Made by a program: the position numbers and the translations under genes. Of a stretch of 64,000 nucleotides of DNA, positions 1-12,184 are shown in pieces. Where the stretch lies: positions 3,069-67,068 of the forward strand of contig CALSCP010000368.1 of assembly GCA_943704425.1 (NCBI GenBank). The letters run 5' to 3'. Numbering within the stretch: the stretch's first letter is position 1; every line of letters begins with the position of its first letter. Source of the stretch: Ministeria vibrans ATCC 50519 (taxonomy: Eukaryota; Protista; Filasterea). The notes beneath the pieces were generated by a model. The model saw only the letters and a list, made by a program, of their open reading frames with translations, was not told where the DNA came from and did not search any database.

Positions 1-2758
1 CGCAAGTAGTTGTTGTTGAGTGAGAGGTACTTGACGCTTGCGGGGATGATGAGGGGGAAAAAGTCGAGGTGATTGGAAGCAAGAGAGAGCGACTCCAGGT
101 TCGTCAGACCCGCCAGAGCACTGCCGACGTCGGTGAGATTATTGCCGGCTAACGACAACTGCGTGACTTGCGTGAGAGCATTGAGCCAACAGGCGCTCAC
201 ATTGCGCAGACTGTTCACTTCCAAGTTGATGGTGGTGAGTGCGGGAGTGTGGTCAAACAACCCACAAGGGATATACTAAAAAAAAAAGAAGAAAAATCGT
301 GCGTCAGTGCACGCGACAGGTCGAGTGTGACGGACTGACTTCAATGGTGTTGTTGGAGAAGTCAATCTCTTGGGCAAGCGGAGTGTGGTCAAAGAGACCG
401 GGCGGGAGAGTGGTGAAGGGGCCGGCGGTGTCAAAGATGATGAGGGAGAGGCGCGGGTTGTGGTCAAAGAGGCCCGCTGGAATGGCGGCAATGTTGTTGA
501 CCTGGAGCGAAATGCCGATGAGGCTGGGTAGGCCGGCGAAGAGGCGGGGTGGCAGATAAGTGAGCTGACACTGGCCCATCATGATCTGCAGACAGTGCGT
601 CAGATTGCCAAATGTGTCGTCTGTGAGTGTGTATCCCAGTGGGTTCCCGTCCAACTGAAGCTCTTCAACGGCGAGCGGGAAGGCATCGGCGCCAATGCGA
701 CTGATCTGGTTGTACGAAAGAAGAACCTCGTACAGTATTTCGTTGTCTACATTCAAAATGTATCAGTCTCGAACTCGCGTTCGATCTCTTGGGCATGTTG
801 CGCCTTACACTTGAAAAGACCGTCGGGCAGCTCGGTGAGCAGATTACCCTCAAGATTAATGTAGAACATAATCGGAAAGTGGAGCATATCAAAGGGGGTG
901 AGAGAGGTGATACTGTTGCCTTCGAGAGTGAGAAAGCGTAGGTAGTCGTTGGCGTAGAGAGCGGGGGGGAAGGGCCCTGCAAGGTTGTTGCCGGCGAGGT
1001 AGAGAAAGGACGTGGAGCGAGGCAGAAAGGGAAGTGTGGTAAGGCCGTTGTTGGAGAGGTTGATGTGGCTGATTTGAGTGGCGTTGCGGAGAAGATTGTA
1101 AGGGAGGGGAAGGTTGCCATTGCCGTTGATGAGAAGCGTGTTGAGTTGGGTGAAGCAGTCAAAGAAGCCGTCGGGGATAGTGTGAAAGGCGGCATTCTGG
1201 GCCTGGAACGTGCTGAGATTGCATAGACGAGCAATGCTCGAGGGGAAGGTGGACATGAGGCTGTTGCTGCCGACCTCGAGGGCGCGTAGCGAGTGCGCCA
1301 AGGGCAGGAAGATGTTGTCGGGGAGTGACAGGACGTTGGTCAGGCCCGAGAGGGTGAGTGCTCCCACGTTGGGTGTGTGTGCAAAAAAGTTGACGTCGAT
1401 CGAGTCGATGTTGCAGTCGGTGAGCTCGAAGAGGTACAGTTTGGGATTCTTTTCGAATAGGGAAGGGGGCAGAACGGAGAGGTCGGAGCCGCGGATGGTG
1501 ACAATGGAGAGGTTGGCCATGGAGGCAAAAATGTCGGGGGCAAGCGAGGTGAGCGCATTACCGGAGATGTTGAGGACGGTGAGCGAGCTGAGTGCGCTGA
1601 CCGACGACGGCAGCTGGTCGATCTTGTTGAAGCCAAGGTCGAGGAAGAGAAGGGAGGAGAGCGCCGCAAAGGTCTCATCGGCAAATGCCCCGAGGTTGTT
1701 GGTGCCCAGGTTGAGGATTAGCAGATTGGAGAGGGAGGCAAAGAGACGCGGGTCGATCACCGAGATGAGGTTTTGTTCGAGGAAGAGCAGGGCGAGCGAG
1801 GTGAGATTGTAGAAGGCGTTGTAGTCGATGGTGGTGATCTGGTCGTTGTTGAGCGTAAGACTCCGGACGCCCGAGCTGCTTGAGAAGAGTGGTGGTATCT
1901 CCGGCAAGTAGTTGCTACTGAGATCTACATAGGCGATATCGGAGCAATTGAGGAACAAGGCCGAATCAACGCCGCGCAGGCCAATGCCGCATGCTGAGAA
2001 GTTCTGGAGGCGGGGCAGCGCGCCACAGAGGTTGGAAGGGATTGCGCCGAGGTTGGGTAGGTAGGAGACGTCGAGTCCCTCAAGGCCCGCGGGCAAGAGA
2101 CCCGGCGGCGGCCAGGTGGTGATGGCAGCATTCTGTGCGATGTGGAGGACCCGCAGCGATTGCGGCAGCTGGTCAGGCCACGCCGTTAACTTGTTGTTGC
2201 TCACGCCGAGCACTTGGAGTCGCGAGAGACTTGCCACCGTCGCGTTGGGCAACGACGTCAGCTCGTTGTTACTCATGTTGAGAAAGAGGAGCGTGTCTTC
2301 AAGGGGAGCGAGCGCACCCGTTTGCAGTAAGGCGAGCTACAACGCGAAGAAGAGGAAACGACGGAATGGGTGTCAACTCCCAGAGAGGGGATGGGATAGA
2401 TGCGCTTGCAGCCTACCTCGTTGTTGGCAAGGTCGACGTGCGACAGGTTGCGCGGCCCTTTGAAGGCGTTGGCGAGGATGGCGACAATGTTGTTTTCAGC
2501 GAAGGAGATGCTCTCGAGGTCGGTGTAGCGTGCGAGCGCCAGGTCGCGCACGTACACGATTGAGTTCCCCTGCAAGTCAAGCGACGTGATGTTTGCCGGC
2601 AAGTCGGAGGGCACCTCGTCGAGCTTGAGACTCGCACACGACGCATGTGCGTCTTGGCAGATGCACCCGGCGCTGCCGCACGCAATCGACGCCGATTGCG
2701 TGCCTGCGATGACAATGATCAGTGACACCCAAAACAGAAGGGAAACGAGCCGAGGCAT
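1..2758 (-). CDS. Secreted or cell-surface leucine-rich repeat protein, multi-exon, runs off the left edge of the window
   Basis: Signal peptide (MPRLVSLLFWVSLIIVIAG), Cys-rich LRRNT cap (CGSAGCICQDAHASC) and many LxxLxLxxNxL repeats. GT-AG introns (e.g. 2337-2416) join ORFs 2273..2758, 753..2276 and 304..756. Confidence 0.9.
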
Positions 2759-2965
2759 TGAATGAAAGTTATTGAAGAAGAAGACATTTCCAATTTAGTA
2801 TCCATCACAAACGAAAAGTACGTCGTTATATTATTGAATATTGAACTTTGATATTATTATACTAATAATAATTATAATTATAATTTGATTGATTAATTGA
2901 TTTGAAACCATTATCATAATAAGATTATTACTGAATTGAGACACATTTAATTCGTACAGCGTAAT

Positions 2966-4918
2966 TTACGTCTTGGAATGATACTTGGCGGCAACGGGTC
3001 GGAGCAGTGCCATAGAGACAAAGGCTGTGCCACAAATACCGGCCATTATGATCATAAGGTCGTCATAGACAAAAGGAGTCGGGTTGGGCGTGCCGGGCGG
3101 GACAAGTTCCATCAGACGACTCACGGTGACTGTTTTCTGCTCGATAAGCAGCGGAAGTTGGTCCTTGGGCAGACTAAAGGCGGCGTGAAAGGTCGCGTCG
3201 TCGAGTTTGTCCGTGAGCGACACACACGCATTCTTGAGAGACGATTCGCGCACACCGGCCGCCAAGGACGGACCCAAAATGGCGGCGGGGAGGACAGCAA
3301 CAAGGGTACGCGCCGTGATGGTGCCGACGTGACGCAGACCGTACGTGTCGCCAATGAGGGCAGGCCAGAGGGCCGCCGAGCCACCAAAGCAGCCAACAAT
3401 GGCCGTGACCGAGCCAAAGAAGACGGCCAAGGGCAGCATGGGTGGGTAGGCGGTGGCGCCCTCAGCAGCCGCGACACTGGCGTGAATGGATGCGAGTGCG
3501 GTCAGGTAGAGTACAGGCGAGGCACCCCACATGGCCATGTAGGTGAGACGGCGCGCGCGAAACGGATCACCAATGCGCTTGGCAAGTGCATCGCTGGCGT
3601 TGCTCCACAGCAGCCGACCGCCCAGGTTGCCTGCAGACATGGTGGAGACAAAGGCGGCGGCGACGGCAGCATTGACCACGGTGGGCATGGTCGTGCCAAA
3701 GGCGTCCACCAGCATGGTGTGGCCCGTCGACACGATGCCGTACGCACCGGCGTTGAACAGCGCCAGTCCACCCAGCATGCCCCAGAACTGCGGTATTCGC
3801 ATTGCCTGTGCGGCGTCCACGTTGAATGCAGTGAGGGATGCGGACGGGGAGGCGACGCTTCCCTTTGACGAGACCGCTGCGTCGTCGGTCGGCGTCTGAG
3901 CAGGTAAGCTGTTGGGAACAAAGCCGGCAGGCGGGAGACGAAAGGCATAGGCGGATGCAACCATGGCGGAGGCGTAGAGACCCGCAAGCACGGCAAATGA
4001 ACCAACAATGCCGGTGTCACCGGAGCCCACAAGGTAGATGCCCTCGCTGAGTTGGTCCCAAGAACGCAAGTCTGCCGCTGTGGCAACGACCACTTCGCGA
4101 AGCGAACCACCCACTTCGGCAAAGAGACGTCCGTCAACGGCCGACGTAGCCACACTATCAGCGCTGCCAAGCCAGGTGGGCGCGACGCGAAAGTGCTCGA
4201 TAAGACGAGTGAAGAGGGGCGCCGCGATCATGGCACCGCCCCCAAAGCCAACGATGCACGACGACGAGGCGAATCCTTTACGGTCGGGAAACCAGCGGAG
4301 AAGAGCGGCAACTGGCGGTACGTAGGCCCAACCGTTGGCGAGACCCCACACGAGACCGCCGGCATACAGGATGGGCAACGAGCCAGTGGCGGCCGCCACC
4401 GACGCGAGGGTGAAGCCGCTGCCCAAACTGAGGGCGCCAGCAAGAACCGACGCGCGTGGCCCTACACGATCCTGTGTTGACGAAAGTAGTGCACCAAAAG
4501 CAAAGCCGCCCTATATAAAAACAAACGAAGTTACTTTCGTTTCGTTTGAATAAAACGTTACCATCACGAGTGTAAACACGACGGACGTGTCGCTGAGAGC
4601 CCAGTCGCCAGCGGCAGGCGCCACCACACCCGTTAAGCGTGTGAGGGGTTGATTGAACATGGACCAGGCATAGATGCTGCCGAGCGCCAAGTGCGTGATG
4701 ACGGATGGGACAATGAAGCGGAAGCGATTCAAACGGGGCGCCGTCTCCTCGGACACGGTGATGTGATGCGGAAGGAGACGCGCGCGTCGTAGTGAGCGCA
4801 TCATGAACCCTTCGCGGTCGGAGTTCGAGGGAAGCGCAGAGGAGGCCAAGCGCACCGGAGCGCGGCAGTTGAAGTAGCAACGAACTGGCGTGGTGAGTAG
4901 TCTTGAAAGTCGTAACAT
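2966..4918 (-). CDS. MFS transporter, oxalate/formate antiporter (OFA)-like
   Basis: HLALGSIYAWSMFNQPL, RWFPDRKGFA, GFGGG and GRLLWSNASD motifs, multiple TM segments, one short intron near 4512-4559. Confidence 0.85.
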
Positions 4919-5069
4919 CAGATATTACATACAGTGTGTGTGTGTGTGTGTGTGAATTTAAGTATGTATGTATGTGTCTATGTGTGCGAGCAAGACAATC
5001 AGAAGAAAATAAGTATTAAGTCGAAATTTGTGTAGGTGCATAAAAAGTAGTCTAGAGCAGCGACAGTAG

Positions 5070-6443
<1,374 letters not shown>

Positions 6444-6710
6444 TGTGCACTGATTAGTGTGTTGACTGTTGAGCTGTTAGTTGATCAGGATTCAAAGAAT
6501 CAAAAAGAATACTGAAATTTAATAATTTATTACTATTTTAGTACTAAATAGAGCTCATTCATGTTTATTCATCAATCATTCATTGGTTCAATTATAAATA
6601 CTAAATACTTCCGTCTTCCACCGTAGACTTGTAATGGTGATGATGATACAAAATTAATTGCAATAATAGTATTACAATCATTATTAATTTAACATACAAT
6701 TTCCATACAA

Positions 6711-9700
6711 TTAGTACGAGATCACGTCTGACTCAGTTGTGAAGAAGACTTTGGGAGCGTCACGAGCATATTCAATGAGACGCTGCTTCCTCTGCGCAGC
6801 ACTGTCAAAGGCATAGTGAATCGGTTCTTGTCGCTGGCTGGTGTCAATTGGCTCCCGTTTGTCTTGGCTCACGATGCTATTGCCAAGTTTGATAGCAATG
6901 GAGCTAAAGGGCGGTAGCTGCTGACCAGGGGCCGGGAATGGATCTCGCTGGAGTCGAAAAGACTGTTCGGCAGTGATGTTCTGCTTCTTTTCTAAGCTTT
7001 TCTTGGCAGCGGCCAATTTCTGGAGTCGTTCATACTCCCGCGTAATTTGCACCTGCTCGCGGGCCTTGCCTGCAGCTTCTTCCGTTTCACCAGCTTCGAA
7101 AATCAACTTGGCCACGGCGGACTGCAGTAGATCACATGTGGCATCGCTGACGACCGAGTGCACGGTGGTGAGCAATGAGGACTTGAAAGAGCGGAATCGC
7201 AGGCACATGAGCATTATGGACACCAAGATGGACTCGATCAAAGCCCGTTTTGCTGACCCACGGGCCATGGCGTAGAGCTGAGTGGAGGGTGTGAACAAGG
7301 CTTGGCAAAACTGGCGCAGGAGCACAAGGCCTCGTTGTTTCAGCAACTCGACAGTCCACTGACGGACAGTGACTACGTGCGTCTCATCCACGTGGCGGTA
7401 GCATGCCTGCTCATCGGCAAGATCGCTGACCACAGTCGCTGCAATAATGAGAGCCACATTTTGGCGGGCATCACCATACGGCGAGGTCGCTCCAAGGTCA
7501 TCTGGCAGGTGTCGCAACATGAAAAGCTTCTTGGAAAAGTGCCAGCACTTGAAGAAGCTGAACATGTTGCCCCGACTCTCCACAAAGGCAGGATCGTGTA
7601 TCTGTGCGCTGGAAGCCTGACGAAACACAACAGTGGCGTAGTGGTGGCGCGTGGGAGGGAGAACGTTGATTTGGCGTTGCTTGCTGATGAGCTGAATGCA
7701 AAAGCGCAAGCATGGATACTGCTCACGAAGAAAGACAGACAGCTCCCTGGCGGTTTTGCTTTCAAACTCCGTTTGTTGTTTGGCGTACATGTTTTTGTTC
7801 ACAAGTTCAATGTCGCCACATGCAATGGTCTCACCATTACCTGCCCACCCCTGGCAAGCATCGTGAAGACCGTCCAAAGACATGCGTTGCAGCGTCGACG
7901 TAGCGCGAGGGTCGGCAAAGGAATTCAGCTCTTGTACACGTAGTGCGCCTTGCGGTAGCACTGACTCCTTGGGCACGGATTCAATACCGGGCAACGGGGC
8001 ATGATCACATTCGTCACCCCGAGCGCGACGAGGTGGACCACAAACCACAAGCAGCTCGAGTTGCTCACGCCACATGTCGATTGGGTTGTATCCGGGCATC
8101 CTGAGAGGCTCGGGCATGTCGGCCAAGTAGTACGTGCGCGTTGGTGTTTCGATCTGGAGCTCTCCTGGCACGCCTTGTACCAAGCAGAATGTGCGAAGCG
8201 CGATAACACCGTTGGCCTTCAGGCTTTTGTGACTGCTGTAATAGCTCAGGGTCTTGTTGGCGGGACGAAGAACAAACCAACGCTTGCGCCAGCCGCCACC
8301 CAGTTGCCCCACTCCCCGTTTCTGCAGCATGCCGGCAAAGTCGCCTGAGGCGACGAAATCGGCCGGCCACCACAACACGCTGGATGAATCAAACGGAACA
8401 TGACAACCGATCCATTGGTGCATGACAGGAGGCACTTCACCCCTCATGCCGGGTGCGCGCAGACACACGTGCCGCATTATGGAGCCATCCAACGACAGGG
8501 TGTCGGAGCAGGGAGGCGCAGCAGGGTTGCCGCGCCCTGGTCGGCTCACCCGCACATTTATGGCGTGAGTATCATCATTCACAATGCTACCACTGCCGGC
8601 ATCCGCGCCACTTCGAGAAGGCCGAAGGTCGACAGCGCTGCAGTCGTCATCGCTTTCACTTTCACTGATTTCACTGATTTCACTGATCCGATCATCCAAA
8701 TCCAAGCCATGATCACCACAGGCGCCACCAACGCGATCAATAGCAGCAGCCGTAGACGAGGTGGCGATGGAACTTTCAGAATCAAGGCTGATGACGCTGG
8801 GACCACAGCCCACATTCTTGTCCTCCCCCATGTCGCAGCTGCTGGAGAACGAAGAGGCAGCGATGACGTGCTTGATGGCATCCATCCATTGTGTTTGCGA
8901 ATTAAGAAAGAATGGTGCGTTGGGATTGAGCCGAGTGAGAACATTGCTGCGCTCATGGCAAGTAGCGTCGACTCTGAGAAAAAAGACGCGACCGCCCCGT
9001 TGAGCGCCAGTGATCAGTTTGAAATTTTCGCTGTTCTCGCTGTCGAGCTCAATTGCTGCACCATGCAGTGGTATTTCGCCTAAGCACACTTTGCTAACAG
9101 TGTCTTCAAAATACGACAGTGTGCCTGCCACCGCATCCAGGATCCAAAAGCGCCGCTTGAACGCCTTGGTACCATCAAAGCCGCCGCGTTTCTTCATAAA
9201 CCCCTTTTGCAATGGTGGCACTGATCCGAATGCTGTAGCAGCCACGGGCGAGGCATCGCCGGCGTCCGCCATGACGGACACTGCCCGATGTTCGCTGCGC
9301 CTCTCCTGTTTGATCGTGGCTGCTGAACGCGCCACAGAGTCTGCATCGACGCGGTACCGTTGGCGGAACTGAAATTCGCTGGAATAGACACTCTTCTGGA
9401 TCCCGGGGATACCATCGTCAGAAGGAGGCATCCAGTGATCCATCAGTAAGGGGTGCACGCCATCAGGTAAGCCGCATACATACACGTGCATGGCAGACTC
9501 GACAATGCATTGCATTATGTCGGCGCGGTTGAACAGGTCTCCGTCGCCGGGCTGTTGGGTTTTGCCATCAAGTGGCACCTGTCGGCCACTAACAAGTGGT
9601 ACGTGGCCAGTGGTATTGTCAAAGACACGCTCGTTGTTGAGAATCACCACCATTTTCCCAGCGAAGAGCTGTCGCAAGGTACACCCATTCGACAACGGTG

Positions 9701-11651
9701 CGTTGAATCGCACACCATTGTAAAGGTCAATGTTCCACGTACAGCACTTCTGGCCAACGGTAGCGCAAAGCTTGTGCCAGGACCTTACTTCACCAGCTGT
9801 TGTGCGCTGGTTGGTAATAAGCAACACTTGACATGCCTGCGCCTGCTCCAGTGGAAAAGGTTCGGAGACCTGCAACTCCACATCTCGCCGTTGAATTGCC
9901 TCCAAGAGCGCATGGTCCTCCAATTTCCCTAACTGCATCACGACAGCCATGGAGATTTGCGTGTAGTAGGGCACGATCGGGTCGATGGCAAGGCAGGCCA
10001 GCAGGGGTAGCGTGCTGCCAGGCTCTGCCAGAAGAATCTCATACTCTGTAGTCAAGCTCGTCACGCTGTTGGTGTCACCTCCACCACCTCCAACGCAGTG
10101 ACCGTCACCGCCACCGCTGAGTGGAAGACTGTGCGGCTGAATGCGGTCGCTATTCACAGTGTAGAGTGCGAAGGCTGTCTCGGGCACTGGGAGCAGTGTG
10201 GGCGGATCAGACAGGTTGGTGGAGCATGCGGACACGATGGTACCGCTCAGTACTACTGTCAAAGCACGTCGCCCCTGAGACGCGGATCCCAACGAAAACT
10301 TGCTGTGATTGTCGACAAAGCACACAATAGGGGTCTCCGAGCCGCGCATTGGAGCAATGTGGCTCAAAATGGTGCTCAAATACACGGGAAAGTGCACAAC
10401 AATAGTTGACTCCTGATTTTGTTGGATATGTTGAAGTGGTAAGTTGACACGGGGCACCAGAGCGTTGTAGCGCATGGGTACGTGGACCTTAAGCGGATTA
10501 CCAACGAGTGGGAGCGCCGGAAAGTCTAAACTCTCCCCTCGGTTTCCGCTGCCACTGCTGCTGCTCAGCGCCCTCACATGCCATGAAATGGGTTGGGCAA
10601 AGTGGCGCAGCTCACCAGCCTTGAGTTGGGAGTCAATTTCCACGTGATTCTCTGGGAGGCACTCAAACCATGCGCTACATGGATGTGAAAAGAGAATTTT
10701 CTGGCGAAGTGGCGTCGGCATGGTGCCCACATTTTCCACGACAAGCCATGTGTTGCAAAGGCACCCCGGCTCAATCACATCATCACACCAGACCGACGAA
10801 AAGGTGGTCTTCTCCAGATCGACGCGCAAATCGTAAGGCGGCACAGACGTGAAGAGATACTCGCGCGTGCTGCTTCCCACCACCTGTATGACGGGGCTGC
10901 CATCTTTCCCATCATTTCCTTTCTTTCCAGCTCTGCCATTCCCACCTGCAACGCCAGAACGTCCAGCTAGTCCAGCGTAATGCGTAGTCTCAATGCGTGT
11001 GTGCCCTTCCCAAGTGTACGTCGAGCCAGCCGCGCCGGCAGCCCCTCCCTGACCGGCCCTTCCACCACTTCCACCAGGCCCAGGGTCGCCGCCTGCGCCT
11101 CCGCTGGCGGTCGGTACCGTCTTGAAGAGCATGAGCATGTCAGTGTCGGCTTCATCGACTGATACGATCACTCGGCCCCCGTTGCCTCCATCACCTCCAT
11201 TTCCGCCAGGGCCACCTCGGGTGCCATTTGTTCCACTCCTGCCGCTTTCCCCGATTTTGCCATCTCTGCCGTCATTGCCACTTAGGCCGGGCGATCCGAC
11301 CTCGCCTTTGCCACCTTTTCCGCCATCCGCGCGCAGGCGTATGTCCTCTGGCAGACGGTCGAGGGAATAAACGACCGTATTTGGCTTTTTTGGTGATTTC
11401 TTGCCAGGTTTGACTGGAAAAAAGGAGAAAGAGAGTGAGGGAAAAGCTAAGTAGACGTTACGGGTGTGCAATGAACACAACGTCCTACCAAGAGTTGAAG
11501 TCACAATAACAGCATCCTCTTGCGTGCTAAACTCGAGGAGGATCTCGCCACCATCCTTCCCGTGCTGGCCGTTGCGGCCACCGAGGCTGAAGAAGCCTCC
11601 GCCCTTGTCGCCCTGTCGTCCTGACATGTCAAGGGATAAACTTTTGCTCAT
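6711..11651 (-). CDS. Large protein with Gly-rich (GGxGGxG, collagen-like) N-terminal region and two PH domains
   Basis: 1646-codon ORF. PH motifs LQKGFMKKRGG..FKRRFWIL..LSYF and GMLQKRG..WRKRWFVL..LSYY. Probable in-frame intron near 11414-11488 and a 5'-UTR intron acceptor at ~11662. Confidence 0.8.
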   Translation of the reverse strand: MSKSLSLDMSGRQGDKGGGFFSLGGRNGQHGKDGGEILLEFSTQEDAVIVTSTLGRTLCSLHTRNVYLAFPSLSFSFFPVKPGKKSPKKPNTVVYSLDRLPEDIRLRADGGKGGKGEVGSPGLSGNDGRDGKIGESGRSGTNGTRGGPGGNGGDGGNGGRVIVSVDEADTDMLMLFKTVPTASGGAGGDPGPGGSGGRAGQGGAAGAAGSTYTWEGHTRIETTHYAGLAGRSGVAGGNGRAGKKGNDGKDGSPVIQVVGSSTREYLFTSVPPYDLRVDLEKTTFSSVWCDDVIEPGCLCNTWLVVENVGTMPTPLRQKILFSHPCSAWFECLPENHVEIDSQLKAGELRHFAQPISWHVRALSSSSGSGNRGESLDFPALPLVGNPLKVHVPMRYNALVPRVNLPLQHIQQNQESTIVVHFPVYLSTILSHIAPMRGSETPIVCFVDNHSKFSLGSASQGRRALTVVLSGTIVSACSTNLSDPPTLLPVPETAFALYTVNSDRIQPHSLPLSGGGDGHCVGGGGGDTNSVTSLTTEYEILLAEPGSTLPLLACLAIDPIVPYYTQISMAVVMQLGKLEDHALLEAIQRRDVELQVSEPFPLEQAQACQVLLITNQRTTAGEVRSWHKLCATVGQKCCTWNIDLYNGVRFNAPLSNGCTLRQLFAGKMVVILNNERVFDNTTGHVPLVSGRQVPLDGKTQQPGDGDLFNRADIMQCIVESAMHVYVCGLPDGVHPLLMDHWMPPSDDGIPGIQKSVYSSEFQFRQRYRVDADSVARSAATIKQERRSEHRAVSVMADAGDASPVAATAFGSVPPLQKGFMKKRGGFDGTKAFKRRFWILDAVAGTLSYFEDTVSKVCLGEIPLHGAAIELDSENSENFKLITGAQRGGRVFFLRVDATCHERSNVLTRLNPNAPFFLNSQTQWMDAIKHVIAASSFSSSCDMGEDKNVGCGPSVISLDSESSIATSSTAAAIDRVGGACGDHGLDLDDRISEISEISESESDDDCSAVDLRPSRSGADAGSGSIVNDDTHAINVRVSRPGRGNPAAPPCSDTLSLDGSIMRHVCLRAPGMRGEVPPVMHQWIGCHVPFDSSSVLWWPADFVASGDFAGMLQKRGVGQLGGGWRKRWFVLRPANKTLSYYSSHKSLKANGVIALRTFCLVQGVPGELQIETPTRTYYLADMPEPLRMPGYNPIDMWREQLELLVVCGPPRRARGDECDHAPLPGIESVPKESVLPQGALRVQELNSFADPRATSTLQRMSLDGLHDACQGWAGNGETIACGDIELVNKNMYAKQQTEFESKTARELSVFLREQYPCLRFCIQLISKQRQINVLPPTRHHYATVVFRQASSAQIHDPAFVESRGNMFSFFKCWHFSKKLFMLRHLPDDLGATSPYGDARQNVALIIAATVVSDLADEQACYRHVDETHVVTVRQWTVELLKQRGLVLLRQFCQALFTPSTQLYAMARGSAKRALIESILVSIMLMCLRFRSFKSSLLTTVHSVVSDATCDLLQSAVAKLIFEAGETEEAAGKAREQVQITREYERLQKLAAAKKSLEKKQNITAEQSFRLQRDPFPAPGQQLPPFSSIAIKLGNSIVSQDKREPIDTSQRQEPIHYAFDSAAQRKQRLIEYARDAPKVFFTTESDVISY

Positions 11652-11840
11652 TCTTGCAGCCTGTACCAGAGAAGAGAAAAAGCATGTTAGGCAACGAAAG
11701 CAAAAGGTAATGCAGGGTGACGCAGTGGCGTAACTCTCGCGTTGAAGACAGAGTTAGGGGGGTCGACAACAAACAAGCAAGAGACTTTACAAGCGAACGA
11801 TATGAACAAAAAAAAAAGGTCACAAGACCAATCACCTTCA

Positions 11841-12037
11841 CCAATCCCGCACACGCCCGCCACCGCCGACCGCCGCAAAAAACCACCCACACACACCCTT
11901 GGCAAATATGTGACTGACTGCAAGCGCTAAAGAGCCCGCAATATCACAGAAGGACGAATATTGCATTGCGCGGTGAGGCCGAGAAGTAGGCTGGAGTCCG
12001 GCTGGAGAGCCCAATCCCGCACACGCCCGCCACCGCC
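11841..12037. repeat. 27-bp perfect direct repeat CCAATCCCGCACACGCCCGCCACCGCC (11841-11867 and 12011-12037)
   Basis: Two identical copies 170 bp apart, with looser similarity extending about 12 nt further. They lie in the probable 5'-UTR intron of the PH-domain gene. Confidence 0.9.
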
Positions 12038-12184
12038 CACTTCCGCAAGATGACACACGCACACTGGACACACACACAATCCTCTGATACGTATGTGGCT
12101 TACTTTGATAGTTGAGAAGCGTACGAATTTGTGAACTGTAAAAAAAAATTGAAGACAGGTTTGGTTATCTCACGGTTAGAAATC

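Noticed and set aside
2885-2892. TTGATTGA as a core-promoter motif (also 14103, 40217, 42115, 60063)
   Set aside because: It also occurs between convergent 3' ends (36283) and is expected in AT-rich spacers, so it is not supportable without statistics.
2978-3868. Long antisense ORFs opposite real genes (here and throughout)
   Set aside because: Expected by-product of GC-rich codon usage, with no independent motifs.
10960-11340. True collagen or mycobacterial PE-PGRS gene
   Set aside because: Gly-X-Y runs are short and interrupted, there is no signal peptide or PE domain, and the region is fused to PH domains.
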